From sequence record PV745554.1: DNA of 64,000 nucleotides; one strand, 5' to 3'. The translations under genes were made by a program, and so were the position numbers. The stretch's first letter is position 1. The number at the start of each line of letters is the position of its first letter. The notes under the pieces were generated by a model. The model saw only the letters and a list, made by a program, of their open reading frames with translations. It was not told where the DNA came from and searched no databases. Of the stretch, positions 37,627 through 45,097 are shown one piece after another.

Positions 37627-39327
37627 TTACAGGTGCCAGCGCGAGCCGGAGAAGGTGATCAGCGCGCGCTTGCCGTTCGGGTATTGCACGCAGTGGGTGT
37701 GCGCCCAGGACGAGGGACCCTTGTTGTAGCCCATGTCGAGCAGGGAGGTGGTCCCGGTGTTGTAGGCGCTCTCGTAGATGCCCGGCGAATGGGTATGCCC
37801 AAACGTCACCCGAGGCCCCAGTTCGGCGAACTGCTTGATGTTGCCGCGCGAGCCGTTGGTCCCGTTGTGGCCGTGGACCGAGTGCTCGACCTTGCCCTTC
37901 ATGTGGGATTGGTCCTGGAAGAGGAACTTGACCCCCTCGCAGGCCCAGGCCGTGAACTTGTTCTGCATGACCCAGGAGAAGATCGAGAACCCGCTCTCGC
38001 GCTCGCGGATCGAGCGGTACTTGCGCGCCTGACATTCCAGGAAGAACTCGGCGTTGACCGGGTCCTGGCGGTAGTCAGCCGTCTTCAGCCACTTCTCCAG
38101 CGCCAGATCGTGGTTGCTCTCGACCACCGCGATCTCGGTGTCGGGGTGCTCGGCCGCCAGGACCGACATGAACATCGCCACCTCGCGAAGCTCTTCCTCG
38201 ACGCTCTCGGTCCCGTTGATGTAGAGCCAGTAGCGGTCGTGGGGGTCGGAGATGTTGTGGTGGTTGCGCGCCCGGAAGTCCGAGACGTCGTGCAGGAACA
38301 CGTTCTCGGGCCGCAGGACGTCGATCATGCTGGGCGTCGCCTGCTTGACCCAGACGCGGCCGTTCGCCGTGCGCTGCTCGGTGGGGAAGAACCCGAACGT
38401 CCCGGCCGAGACCTGGGGGTCGATCTGGGCGACGTGGATGTCGCCCGGCGTCAGGGCGGTGACCCGATGGGCCTCGGTGACCTTGCCATCCTGGACGAAG
38501 CGGTCCAGGTCGTAGAACGAGCCGTCCTTGTCGCCCAGCAGGTGGCGGCAGAAGAACGTGCCGTCCTCGTCGATCTCGACCAGGACAGCCCCGAGTTGGT
38601 GGTGGTGCTGGGCCTTCTGGCCCGCCAGCTTGGGAATGTAGTTCGGCTTGGTGACGGCGCCGGTCGTCATGTTCTGCTTGGACGGCTGGTCCTTCATCGT
38701 CGCGATGCTGGCCAGTTGGACCTTGGCGTGCGGGAAGATGCCCCAGCGCTCACCCGAGTAGGTCTTCAGCCCCGAGATCGGGTTGACGTTGGTCGGCAGG
38801 GCGTTGATGTTGCCGAGGAACTCGACGCGATCGCCCAGTTGCACGCGGTCGACGATCAGGTAGTCCATGACGCGCTCGTGGTAGACCGAGGCGTGCTTGG
38901 CGTGATCTTCGAACAGGCGCTTGGAGTAGGTGAAGCCGGCGATCATGATGTCGCACGGCGCGTCCTGGCGCAGGTACTCGGCGTAGGCCTCCAGGTTGTC
39001 CACGAACTCGTCATGGACGTAGGTGGCGTCCTGGGCCGACGACAGGATGAAGCGCCGGCGCCCGGTGTCGGGGCCGACCGGGATGACCCGCGCTTCCGGG
39101 ATCGGGCGGTGCGAGAACGGGTCCTTGCGCATCGCGTAGAGGCGATTTTGCAGGGTCGTGCGCTTGACGCTGTACTTGCGGGAGAACGCCCGCTGGCCGC
39201 CGGCCTTCTTGACCATCGCCAGCAGTTCGATCGGCTCGACCGAGTAGATGTCGAAGGGGCCGTCCTTGGGCAGGGTCACCTTCATCCGCTTGGCGGCCTT
39301 GGAGGCGTGTTCGAACTCAGCCGGCAT
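37627..39327 (-). CDS. Calcineurin-like metallophosphoesterase-related protein with N-terminal HTH-like region
   Basis: GDIH, HDVSD, ESNHD, HGH, GHTHS metal motifs. Confidence 0.7.
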   Translation of the reverse strand: MPAEFEHASKAAKRMKVTLPKDGPFDIYSVEPIELLAMVKKAGGQRAFSRKYSVKRTTLQNRLYAMRKDPFSHRPIPEARVIPVGPDTGRRRFILSSAQDATYVHDEFVDNLEAYAEYLRQDAPCDIMIAGFTYSKRLFEDHAKHASVYHERVMDYLIVDRVQLGDRVEFLGNINALPTNVNPISGLKTYSGERWGIFPHAKVQLASIATMKDQPSKQNMTTGAVTKPNYIPKLAGQKAQHHHQLGAVLVEIDEDGTFFCRHLLGDKDGSFYDLDRFVQDGKVTEAHRVTALTPGDIHVAQIDPQVSAGTFGFFPTEQRTANGRVWVKQATPSMIDVLRPENVFLHDVSDFRARNHHNISDPHDRYWLYINGTESVEEELREVAMFMSVLAAEHPDTEIAVVESNHDLALEKWLKTADYRQDPVNAEFFLECQARKYRSIRERESGFSIFSWVMQNKFTAWACEGVKFLFQDQSHMKGKVEHSVHGHNGTNGSRGNIKQFAELGPRVTFGHTHSPGIYESAYNTGTTSLLDMGYNKGPSSWAHTHCVQYPNGKRALITFSGSRWHL

Positions 39328-40018
39328 AGAGAAGCTCCGGTTTGGCGCTGACGGGCTTGGACCAGTCCCAGACGAACCACGCGTAGGCGAAGCGCGGTGC
39401 GCCCTTGGTCCCCTCGATCCAGCGGGGGCGATGGCGAAGGGTGACCTTCGCGGCGAAGGCGGGGTGATCGAAGAGGTCGGCGCGCGAGCGCGCGGCGTCC
39501 CATTCGTGGCGGCAGAGGAAGGCGACGAAGCCCTTGTCGGCTTCCATCAGCTTCAGGGCATGACGGGCGGCGCGCTCGGCGTCCTTGCCGTAAGGCGGAT
39601 TGGAGATGATGGCGTCCGGGCGCGCCGGCAGCGGGGTGACCTTGCGCTCCTTGCCCTCGTCGTCGAGGACCACCGCCGGCCGGGCCTTCAGCGCGCCCAG
39701 GCGATCCAGGTCGTCCGGGGTGAGCTTGAAGAAGTCCTCGACCGCGTCCACGTCGAAGCCTTCGTAGCGACGGATGTCCGTGGAAAGGACCTCCTGCACG
39801 TAGGGCCGCAGCGGGTTGGCGATCGCGCCGTTGCCCGCGAAGGGCTCCCAGGCATAGAAGCCGGCGAACTCGTCGCCCATGGCCTCGATCAGCGCGTCGA
39901 ACGCGGGACGAGGCGTCGGATAGAAATCCAAGGGGTTCCTGGCATAGCCCGAGGCGCCCAGCATGGAGGGGTCTTTGCGACCGGCATCGGAGAGAGACAT
40001 GGCCAGGAGGGATGTCAT
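39317..40018 (-). CDS. Amino (likely N6-adenine) DNA methyltransferase
   Basis: DFYPTP, WEPFAGNG (motif I), ISNPPY (motif IV). Confidence 0.85.
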   Translation of the reverse strand: MTSLLAMSLSDAGRKDPSMLGASGYARNPLDFYPTPRPAFDALIEAMGDEFAGFYAWEPFAGNGAIANPLRPYVQEVLSTDIRRYEGFDVDAVEDFFKLTPDDLDRLGALKARPAVVLDDEGKERKVTPLPARPDAIISNPPYGKDAERAARHALKLMEADKGFVAFLCRHEWDAARSRADLFDHPAFAAKVTLRHRPRWIEGTKGAPRFAYAWFVWDWSKPVSAKPELLYAG

Positions 40019-40031
40019 GGTTAACGAAGGG

Positions 40032-40077
40032 TGTCAAGATTCACGACATTGACTGTCGTGACGCACCACGCTACACA
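40032..40077. promoter_or_regulatory. Divergent promoters: motif on - (40032-40048) and TTGACT-N17-TACACA on + (40049-40077)
   Basis: Back-to-back CACGACA/TGTCGTG half-sites; + promoter faces a non-coding region. Confidence 0.7.
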
Positions 40078-40083
40078 CCCTCG

Positions 40084-40767
40084 ACGAGGCGGTCTCCTGC
40101 TCCTAGCGCGCGCTCTCCAGCCTTTCCGAGGGCGATGCGCCGGACCTGCTGAGCAAGGGAATCCAGAGCGAGGCAGCGCTCTGCTCCCCAAAGAGTGGGC
40201 CAAGCGGTGCGGGCGGAAAGGCTCGGGGTCCGTGGCTCCATGCAATGCGCAGGAGAGACCGTGCTCCTTCTGACGCAGCGGGCGCCCGACGTTGCGGGTC
40301 GTGAGGCGAGGCCGGCCGAGATGATCAACGGCCTGGGGCGGGAGGGGCTTGACCTCTCCCGCATCCGCCTCTAGCGTCACCATCAATCAGGCGCAGCACT
40401 GCCTCACGATCGGACCATGTTCGGCTCCCGGTCCTGGAGCTTGGAAGCCTCACTCTGGAGCAGGACTGCCGCTGCGCCGGGGACGGTTTGGACGACGCAC
40501 CCGTCCATGAGGCGAACGCCGGCCAAGACATGGCACGAGGCGTGACGGGGACCAGAGGTCCCACTCCATTCGCCGCGCCGGCGGCAGCAAAGCTCATTGA
40601 GCGGATGGTGGCACGGGCGCGAGCCCGATTTTGAGAGCCAGCGGAGAGCCACCTTCCTCCCTGGCCCGGCGACGACGAAAGCTGGGTGGCTGTAACCGCT
40701 CGTCTGAGGGATGCGTCCCCAAGATCATCAAGACGCAAAAGGCCCCGATCTCGCGATCGGGGCCTTT
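40084..40767 (+). ncRNA. Candidate large (~680 nt) structured ncRNA
   Basis: Promoter, terminator, no credible ORF, many long-range helices including a crossing pair. Confidence 0.65.
40737..40767. terminator. Bidirectional intrinsic terminator
   Basis: AAAA-GGCCCCGATC-TCGC-GATCGGGGCC-TTT. Confidence 0.88.
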
Positions 40768-40774
40768 CAAATTC

Positions 40775-40863
40775 TGGAGCTACGGGAGGGACTCGAACCC
40801 TCATAGGTGTCGCCACCAGCAGAGATTTGCAGTCCCGCGCCTAACCTCTCGGACCACCGTAGC
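40775..40863 (-). tRNA. tRNA-Cys(GCA) with long variable arm, encoded CCA
   Basis: GCUACGG/CCGUAGC acceptor, U73, CU-GCA-AA loop, GGUG-GCGA-CACC arm, GAGGG-UUCGAGU-CCCUC. Confidence 0.9.
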
Positions 40864-41110
40864 AAAACGGGACTGACGCCCGAAGGCCCAGCCCCGTTCC
40901 CGACGACCCAAGGGAGTGCCGTAGCTGTCCCAAGGAGCACCGTGACGGCGTGGCAGGCGACTGAAGCCGTCAAGTCGAAGGGCTTCCGGCGCCGGTCACC
41001 CTAACCTCCGGGCTCTTGCGAGCGCGAGTGAGGTCCTCCTACGCCGATCCTTATAGCCGAGCCTTCACGCGTCCGCAACGAAAAATGTGTCGTGAGCGAT
41101 GACTTTTTCC

Positions 41111-41140
41111 TTGACACCTTCGATTAGGCTCTGGTAGAGA
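41111..41140 (+). promoter_or_regulatory. tmRNA operon promoter (TTGACA ... TAGAGA)
   Basis: -35 at 41111-41116; partial motif TGTCGTGAG just upstream. Confidence 0.6.
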
Positions 41141-41144
41141 ACAG

Positions 41145-41530
41145 GCATCGTTGTAATTCGGACAACGGAAACGGCGGCAAGACGGGGGTGCGATTCCCCC
41201 CGCCTCCACCACCACGAGCCCCTGGCGCTGGGAGTACGCGACTCCTGGGCAGGGAGTGTTACCCTGACGGACCATTGCTGGCCCGAGCCAAAGGTAGCCG
41301 GGGGTTCTTGATGCTGGGGGCGATCAGCTTCGATTGGCGCATGTGACTGGAAGACGCAACGGTGGGTGACCTCCAGGCCAGCTTGCTGGTGATCGGGTCG
41401 AAGCAACAGAAATGTCGCTGCAAATGACAACGCTCCGTTCGCGGTGCGTGAAGCCATCGCCGCCTAATAAGCGGTAGAGGCGTGTCCCGGCGGACGCGCG
41501 TGTCACAAAAAGGCCCTGCATCTACGGACC
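41145..41530 (+). ncRNA. ssrA: Two-piece (circularly permuted) tmRNA; tag ANDNAPFAVREAIAA; outer ends approximate
   Basis: Acceptor piece ending CGCCUCC-A-CCA (41201-41211) precedes 5' GGGGGCG (41316); G3.U70; tag ORF 41420-41470 ending TAA TAA. Confidence 0.92.
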
Positions 41531-41649
41531 GGGGCCAGTCCGCCACCCACCTTTCGCAGGCGGGGACCTAACTTCGGATGTCTGTCGGGCGATGGATGTT
41601 CACCTTGGGTCCCCGTCTTCGAAAGGTGGTCGAAAGACCGTCTAAAAGA

Positions 41650-41728
41650 CGCGGGGTAGAGGAGTCCGGTTGTCCTCGTCTGGCTCATAACCAGAAGATC
41701 AGGGGTTCAAATCCCCTTCCCGCTCCCA
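41650..41728 (+). tRNA. tRNA-Met(CAU), initiator-like
   Basis: C1 unpaired (C1/U72), UCUGG-CU-CAU-AA-CCAGA, AGGGG-UUCAAAU-CCCCU, CCA encoded. Confidence 0.88.
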
Positions 41729-41986
41729 GGACCTGAACGCCGAGGGACTCCCAAAGAACGACGGCGTGACACGCTCGGAGAGAACGAGCACTGCAATCCG
41801 GGCTATGAGACCGTGATGTAGCGGACGCCGAAGCGAGAGCAGGCGTGACACCTGGAGAGACGGGACCAGTTTTCCAGGCCGCATGCCCGGCGCACAAGAC
41901 CGCAGGCTTCGGCCGTAGGGCAGTGTCAGGGGATGAGGCTAGTCCCCGGCCCAAGGGCTAGGGCATGCGGCTTGGAAAGCTGGTTT

Positions 41987-42073
41987 GGTACGGTGGCTCG
42001 ACAGGTAAGGCATCGGCCTCATAAGCCGAGGGACTAGCTCCCGATCCTGGTTCAAATCCAGGTCGTACCTCCA
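41987..42073 (+). tRNA. tRNA(CAU) (Met or Ile2) with long variable arm and U73
   Basis: GGUACGG/UCGUACC, UCGGC-CU-CAU-AA-GCCGA, GGGA-CUAGC-UCCC arm, CCUGG-UUCAAAU-CCAGG, CCA. Confidence 0.88.
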
Positions 42074-42081
42074 AAAAGCAG

Positions 42082-42112
42082 GCGGCCGTCGGGGCGACCC
42101 GGCGGCCGTTTT
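42082..42112 (+). terminator. Terminator after RNA operon
   Basis: GCGGCCGTCGGG-GCGA-CCCGGCGGCCGT-TTT. Confidence 0.75.
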
Positions 42113-42114
42113 GC

Positions 42115-42131
42115 TGTCGTGAATCTTGACA
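42115..42131 (+). promoter_or_regulatory. Motif TGTCGTGAATCTTGACA
   Basis: Perfect copy upstream of cadherin-repeat gene. Confidence 0.75.
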
Positions 42132-42182
42132 CTCCGGGTTGAGCTAGGCATTATGCCGCTTGACTTTCAGGAGATTTGTGTC

Positions 42183-42530
42183 GTGGCTCGATCCACCCGT
42201 TCCGTCGCGTTGGCGCGCGTCGTCACGCCCGCGCAACTGAAGCGCGACATCCGTATTCGCCGTGCTGACGAACTGGCTGGGCCGAGCGGCCCCAATGGCG
42301 TGGTCCTGATCGGGATCACCAACGACCGCGTCATGGAAAACAGCGCACCCGGCACGCCCGTGGGCGACATCTTCACGATCCCGGCCGGCGCCGACATCGA
42401 ACTGGTCACCACCGGCGGCAATCGCTTCGACCTCGTCGGCTCGACCCTGGTCGTGGGCTCCACGCCCCTGGACCACGAGGCCACGCTGACGAACTGGCTG
42501 GGCCGAGCGGCCCCAATGGCGTGGTCCTGA
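42183..42530 (+). pseudogene. N-terminal fragment of the cadherin-repeat protein, truncated by the duplication frameshift
   Basis: AGGAG RBS before GTG 42183; frame broken at the repeat junction. Confidence 0.7.
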
Positions 42531-42707
42531 TCGGGATCACCAACGACCGCGTCATGGAAAACAGCGCACCCGGCACGCCCGTGGGCGACATCTTCACGAT
42601 CCCGGCCGGCGCCGACATCGAACTGGTCACCACCGGCGGCAATCGCTTCGACCTCGTCGGCTCGACCCTGGTCGTGGGCTCCACGCCCCTGGACCACGAG
42701 GCCACGC
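42264..42707 (+). repeat. Perfect 221-bp direct tandem duplication
   Basis: GCTGACGAACTGG... starts at 42264 and 42485; identity to 42707; 221 is not a multiple of 3. Confidence 0.95.
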
Positions 42708-45097
42708 CCGTCGTCAACGTCCTGGTCCATGCCGAGTACGCGGGATCGACGCTGGAGACCACGCTGCCGATCACGATCCTCAACGAGACCGAGGTGATCG
42801 GCGTCACCCTCTCGGCCAACACCGTGCTGGAGAACTCGGCCGCCGGCGTGACGATCGGGACCCTGACGCCCAACCCTGCGGACGCCACGCTCCAGGTCGT
42901 CGGCCCCTATGCCGGCTACTTCACGGTCGCGGCCGGCAACATCCTGAAGACCGGGTCGACGCCGACCGACTACGAGACCGCGCCCAACCTGACCGATCAC
43001 TCCTACCCGGTGACGATCGCCGCCACCCGCCAGGGTGAGACGGCCAATTTCACCATCCCGGTCTTCGTGCTGAACCAAGTCGAGATCACCAACATCACGC
43101 TCTCGGCCAACCACATCGCCGAGGGCTCGGGCAGCGGGACGGTGGTGGGCGGCCTGACCTCCACGCCGTCGGGCGCGACCTTCTCGCTGGTCGACAACGC
43201 CGGCTCGCGCTTCGCCCTGGCCGGCAACAACGTCGTCGCCGGCAGCGTCGCCACCAACTACGACACCGCCACCCAGCACGACATCACCGTGCGCGGCACG
43301 ATCGGCAACGAGAGCCTCAACAAGACCTTCACGATCCTGGTCGACAACGTCAACTCGATCAGCGACATCACCCTGACGGGCGCGTCGGTCAACGAGAACA
43401 CCGCCCCCGGCGTCACCGTCGGGACCTTCGCGACCGTGCCGCCCGGCCTGCCGCTGACCCTCACCGACACCGCCGGCAACCGGTTCGCCTTGTCGGGCAA
43501 CACCCTCCAGACGGGCGCAACGGCGACCAACTACGAGGTTGCCCAGAGCCATCAGGTCACCGCCCAGGCGACGTTTGGCAGCGACACCCTGTCGAAGAAC
43601 TTCACGATCAACGTGGTCGACATCGACGAGATCAACGACATCACGCTCTCGGGCAACACGGTGACCGAGAACACGGCCGCCGGCGTCACCGTCGGGACCC
43701 TGGCGTCGGTCCCCACCGGGGCGACCTTCTCGATCATCTCGCAGTCCCCGGCGGGCTCCTATTTCGTCATCAACGGCAACGCGCTCCAGACGGGGGCGAC
43801 GCCGACGGACTACGAGAACGCGATCTCCCACACCGTCAACATCCGAGGCACGCGCCAGAGCGAGACCTACGATGAGGCGTTCACGATCAACGTGACCAAC
43901 ATCACCGAGATCAGCAGCGTCTCGCTCGACAACCTGTCGATCAACGAGAACTCGCCGCAGGGTACGACCGTCGGTAACTTGACGTCGTCGCCGGCCGGGG
44001 CCAGCTTCTCGCTCACCGACAATGCGGGCGGGCGGTTCCAGATCAGCGGCGGCGTGCTTCAGGCCGGATCGGTGGCGACCAACTACGAGGCCGCGACCAG
44101 CCATTCGGTCACGGTGCGCGGCACGCGCCTGGGCGAGACCAAGGATCAGCAGTTCACGATCTCCGTCAACGATCTCGTCGAACTGAGCACCATCAGCCTC
44201 TCGGGCTCGTCGATCGACGAGAACTCGGGACCGGGGACTGGCGTCGGAACGCTCTCCTCGTCGCCGGCCGGCGCGAGCTTCAGCCTCACCAACAGCGCGG
44301 GCAACCGTTTTGCGCTGTCGGGCAACACGATTGTCGCCGGTTCGGTCGCCACCGACTACGAAACCGCGACCAGCCACCAGATCACCGTCCAAGGCACGCG
44401 CCTGGGCGAGACCAAGAGCCAAAACTTCACGATCAGCGTCAACGACGTGAACGAAGCCCCGCCCGCGCCTGATCTGGACAGCTTCGGCCTGTCGGGCTCG
44501 TCGATCGACGAGAACTCGGGAGCGGGCACCTTTGTGGGCACCTTCTCCTCGTCGCCGTCGGGCGCCAGCTATGTCCTGACCAACAGCGCGGGCGGCCGGT
44601 TCGCGATCTCTGGTTCCTCCCTGGTCGCTGGCTCGACGCCGACGGACTACGAGACCGCGACCAGCCATTCGATCTCGGTCCAGGCGACGCGCGGCGCGAC
44701 GACGCTCTCCGACAGCTTCACGATCACCGTCAACAACTTGGCCGAAGGCGGTGGCGGAAGCCCGACCCTGACCCCTGGGGTGAGCAACGGCAGCTTGACG
44801 GTGTTCGCGTCCAATCCTGGGGAGCAGGCGGTCTCGGGTTACGTGACTGTTTCGATCAGCCAAGGCACCGGGCCTTATTCGTTCGATTGGGAGCAGGTCA
44901 GCGGCTATGCCAACATGTACGTGGCCTACGGCACCGTGAACGGCAAGCCCAACGATTCTGGCTACTTCTACCTGGACCAGGGCGATCGTCCGTCCGACCG
45001 CACCACCATCTGGCGCTGTAAGGTCACCGACTCCGTCGGCAACTACGGGTACACGAACAACGTCACGATCCGCCTCGTCCAGTCCAGCCCGACCTAA
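42521..45097 (+). CDS. Cadherin-like repeat protein (8 repeats plus C-terminal domain); ~897 aa from 42183 if one repeat copy is removed
   Basis: Repeats of I-x-L-S-x-x-x-(V/I)-x-EN..G..VG..(T)DYE..H..FTI.V.D.xE. Confidence 0.85.
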   Translation: MVLIGITNDRVMENSAPGTPVGDIFTIPAGADIELVTTGGNRFDLVGSTLVVGSTPLDHEATPVVNVLVHAEYAGSTLETTLPITILNETEVIGVTLSANTVLENSAAGVTIGTLTPNPADATLQVVGPYAGYFTVAAGNILKTGSTPTDYETAPNLTDHSYPVTIAATRQGETANFTIPVFVLNQVEITNITLSANHIAEGSGSGTVVGGLTSTPSGATFSLVDNAGSRFALAGNNVVAGSVATNYDTATQHDITVRGTIGNESLNKTFTILVDNVNSISDITLTGASVNENTAPGVTVGTFATVPPGLPLTLTDTAGNRFALSGNTLQTGATATNYEVAQSHQVTAQATFGSDTLSKNFTINVVDIDEINDITLSGNTVTENTAAGVTVGTLASVPTGATFSIISQSPAGSYFVINGNALQTGATPTDYENAISHTVNIRGTRQSETYDEAFTINVTNITEISSVSLDNLSINENSPQGTTVGNLTSSPAGASFSLTDNAGGRFQISGGVLQAGSVATNYEAATSHSVTVRGTRLGETKDQQFTISVNDLVELSTISLSGSSIDENSGPGTGVGTLSSSPAGASFSLTNSAGNRFALSGNTIVAGSVATDYETATSHQITVQGTRLGETKSQNFTISVNDVNEAPPAPDLDSFGLSGSSIDENSGAGTFVGTFSSSPSGASYVLTNSAGGRFAISGSSLVAGSTPTDYETATSHSISVQATRGATTLSDSFTITVNNLAEGGGGSPTLTPGVSNGSLTVFASNPGEQAVSGYVTVSISQGTGPYSFDWEQVSGYANMYVAYGTVNGKPNDSGYFYLDQGDRPSDRTTIWRCKVTDSVGNYGYTNNVTIRLVQSSPT

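Noticed and set aside
40084-40767. RNase P RNA or group II intron
   Set aside because: GAGGAAAGUCC/ACAGAA..GCUUA and a domain V-like AGC hairpin were not found on either strand by eye
40775-40863. Selenocysteine or suppressor tRNA
   Set aside because: Canonical 7/5 acceptor/T stems and GCA anticodon; no UCA/CUA tRNA, and TAG/TGA act as normal stops in the window
41729-41770. Theta/HDV-like ribozyme after the tRNA 3' end
   Set aside because: A P2-like pair (ACGCCG/CGGCGT) exists but no complement for the putative P1 (GGACCTG)
40031-41954. Short ORFs called across the RNA island
   Set aside because: No RBS or codon bias, and they overlap tRNA/tmRNA structures
41547-41983. Retron msr-msd or Y RNA identity for the long-stem modules
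   Set aside because: No reverse transcriptase or Ro60 gene in the window and no recognisable T-loop or Ro-binding motif
42264-42707. Duplication as DGR template/variable repeats
   Set aside because: Copies are identical and adjacent, no adenine-specific differences, no reverse transcriptase in the window
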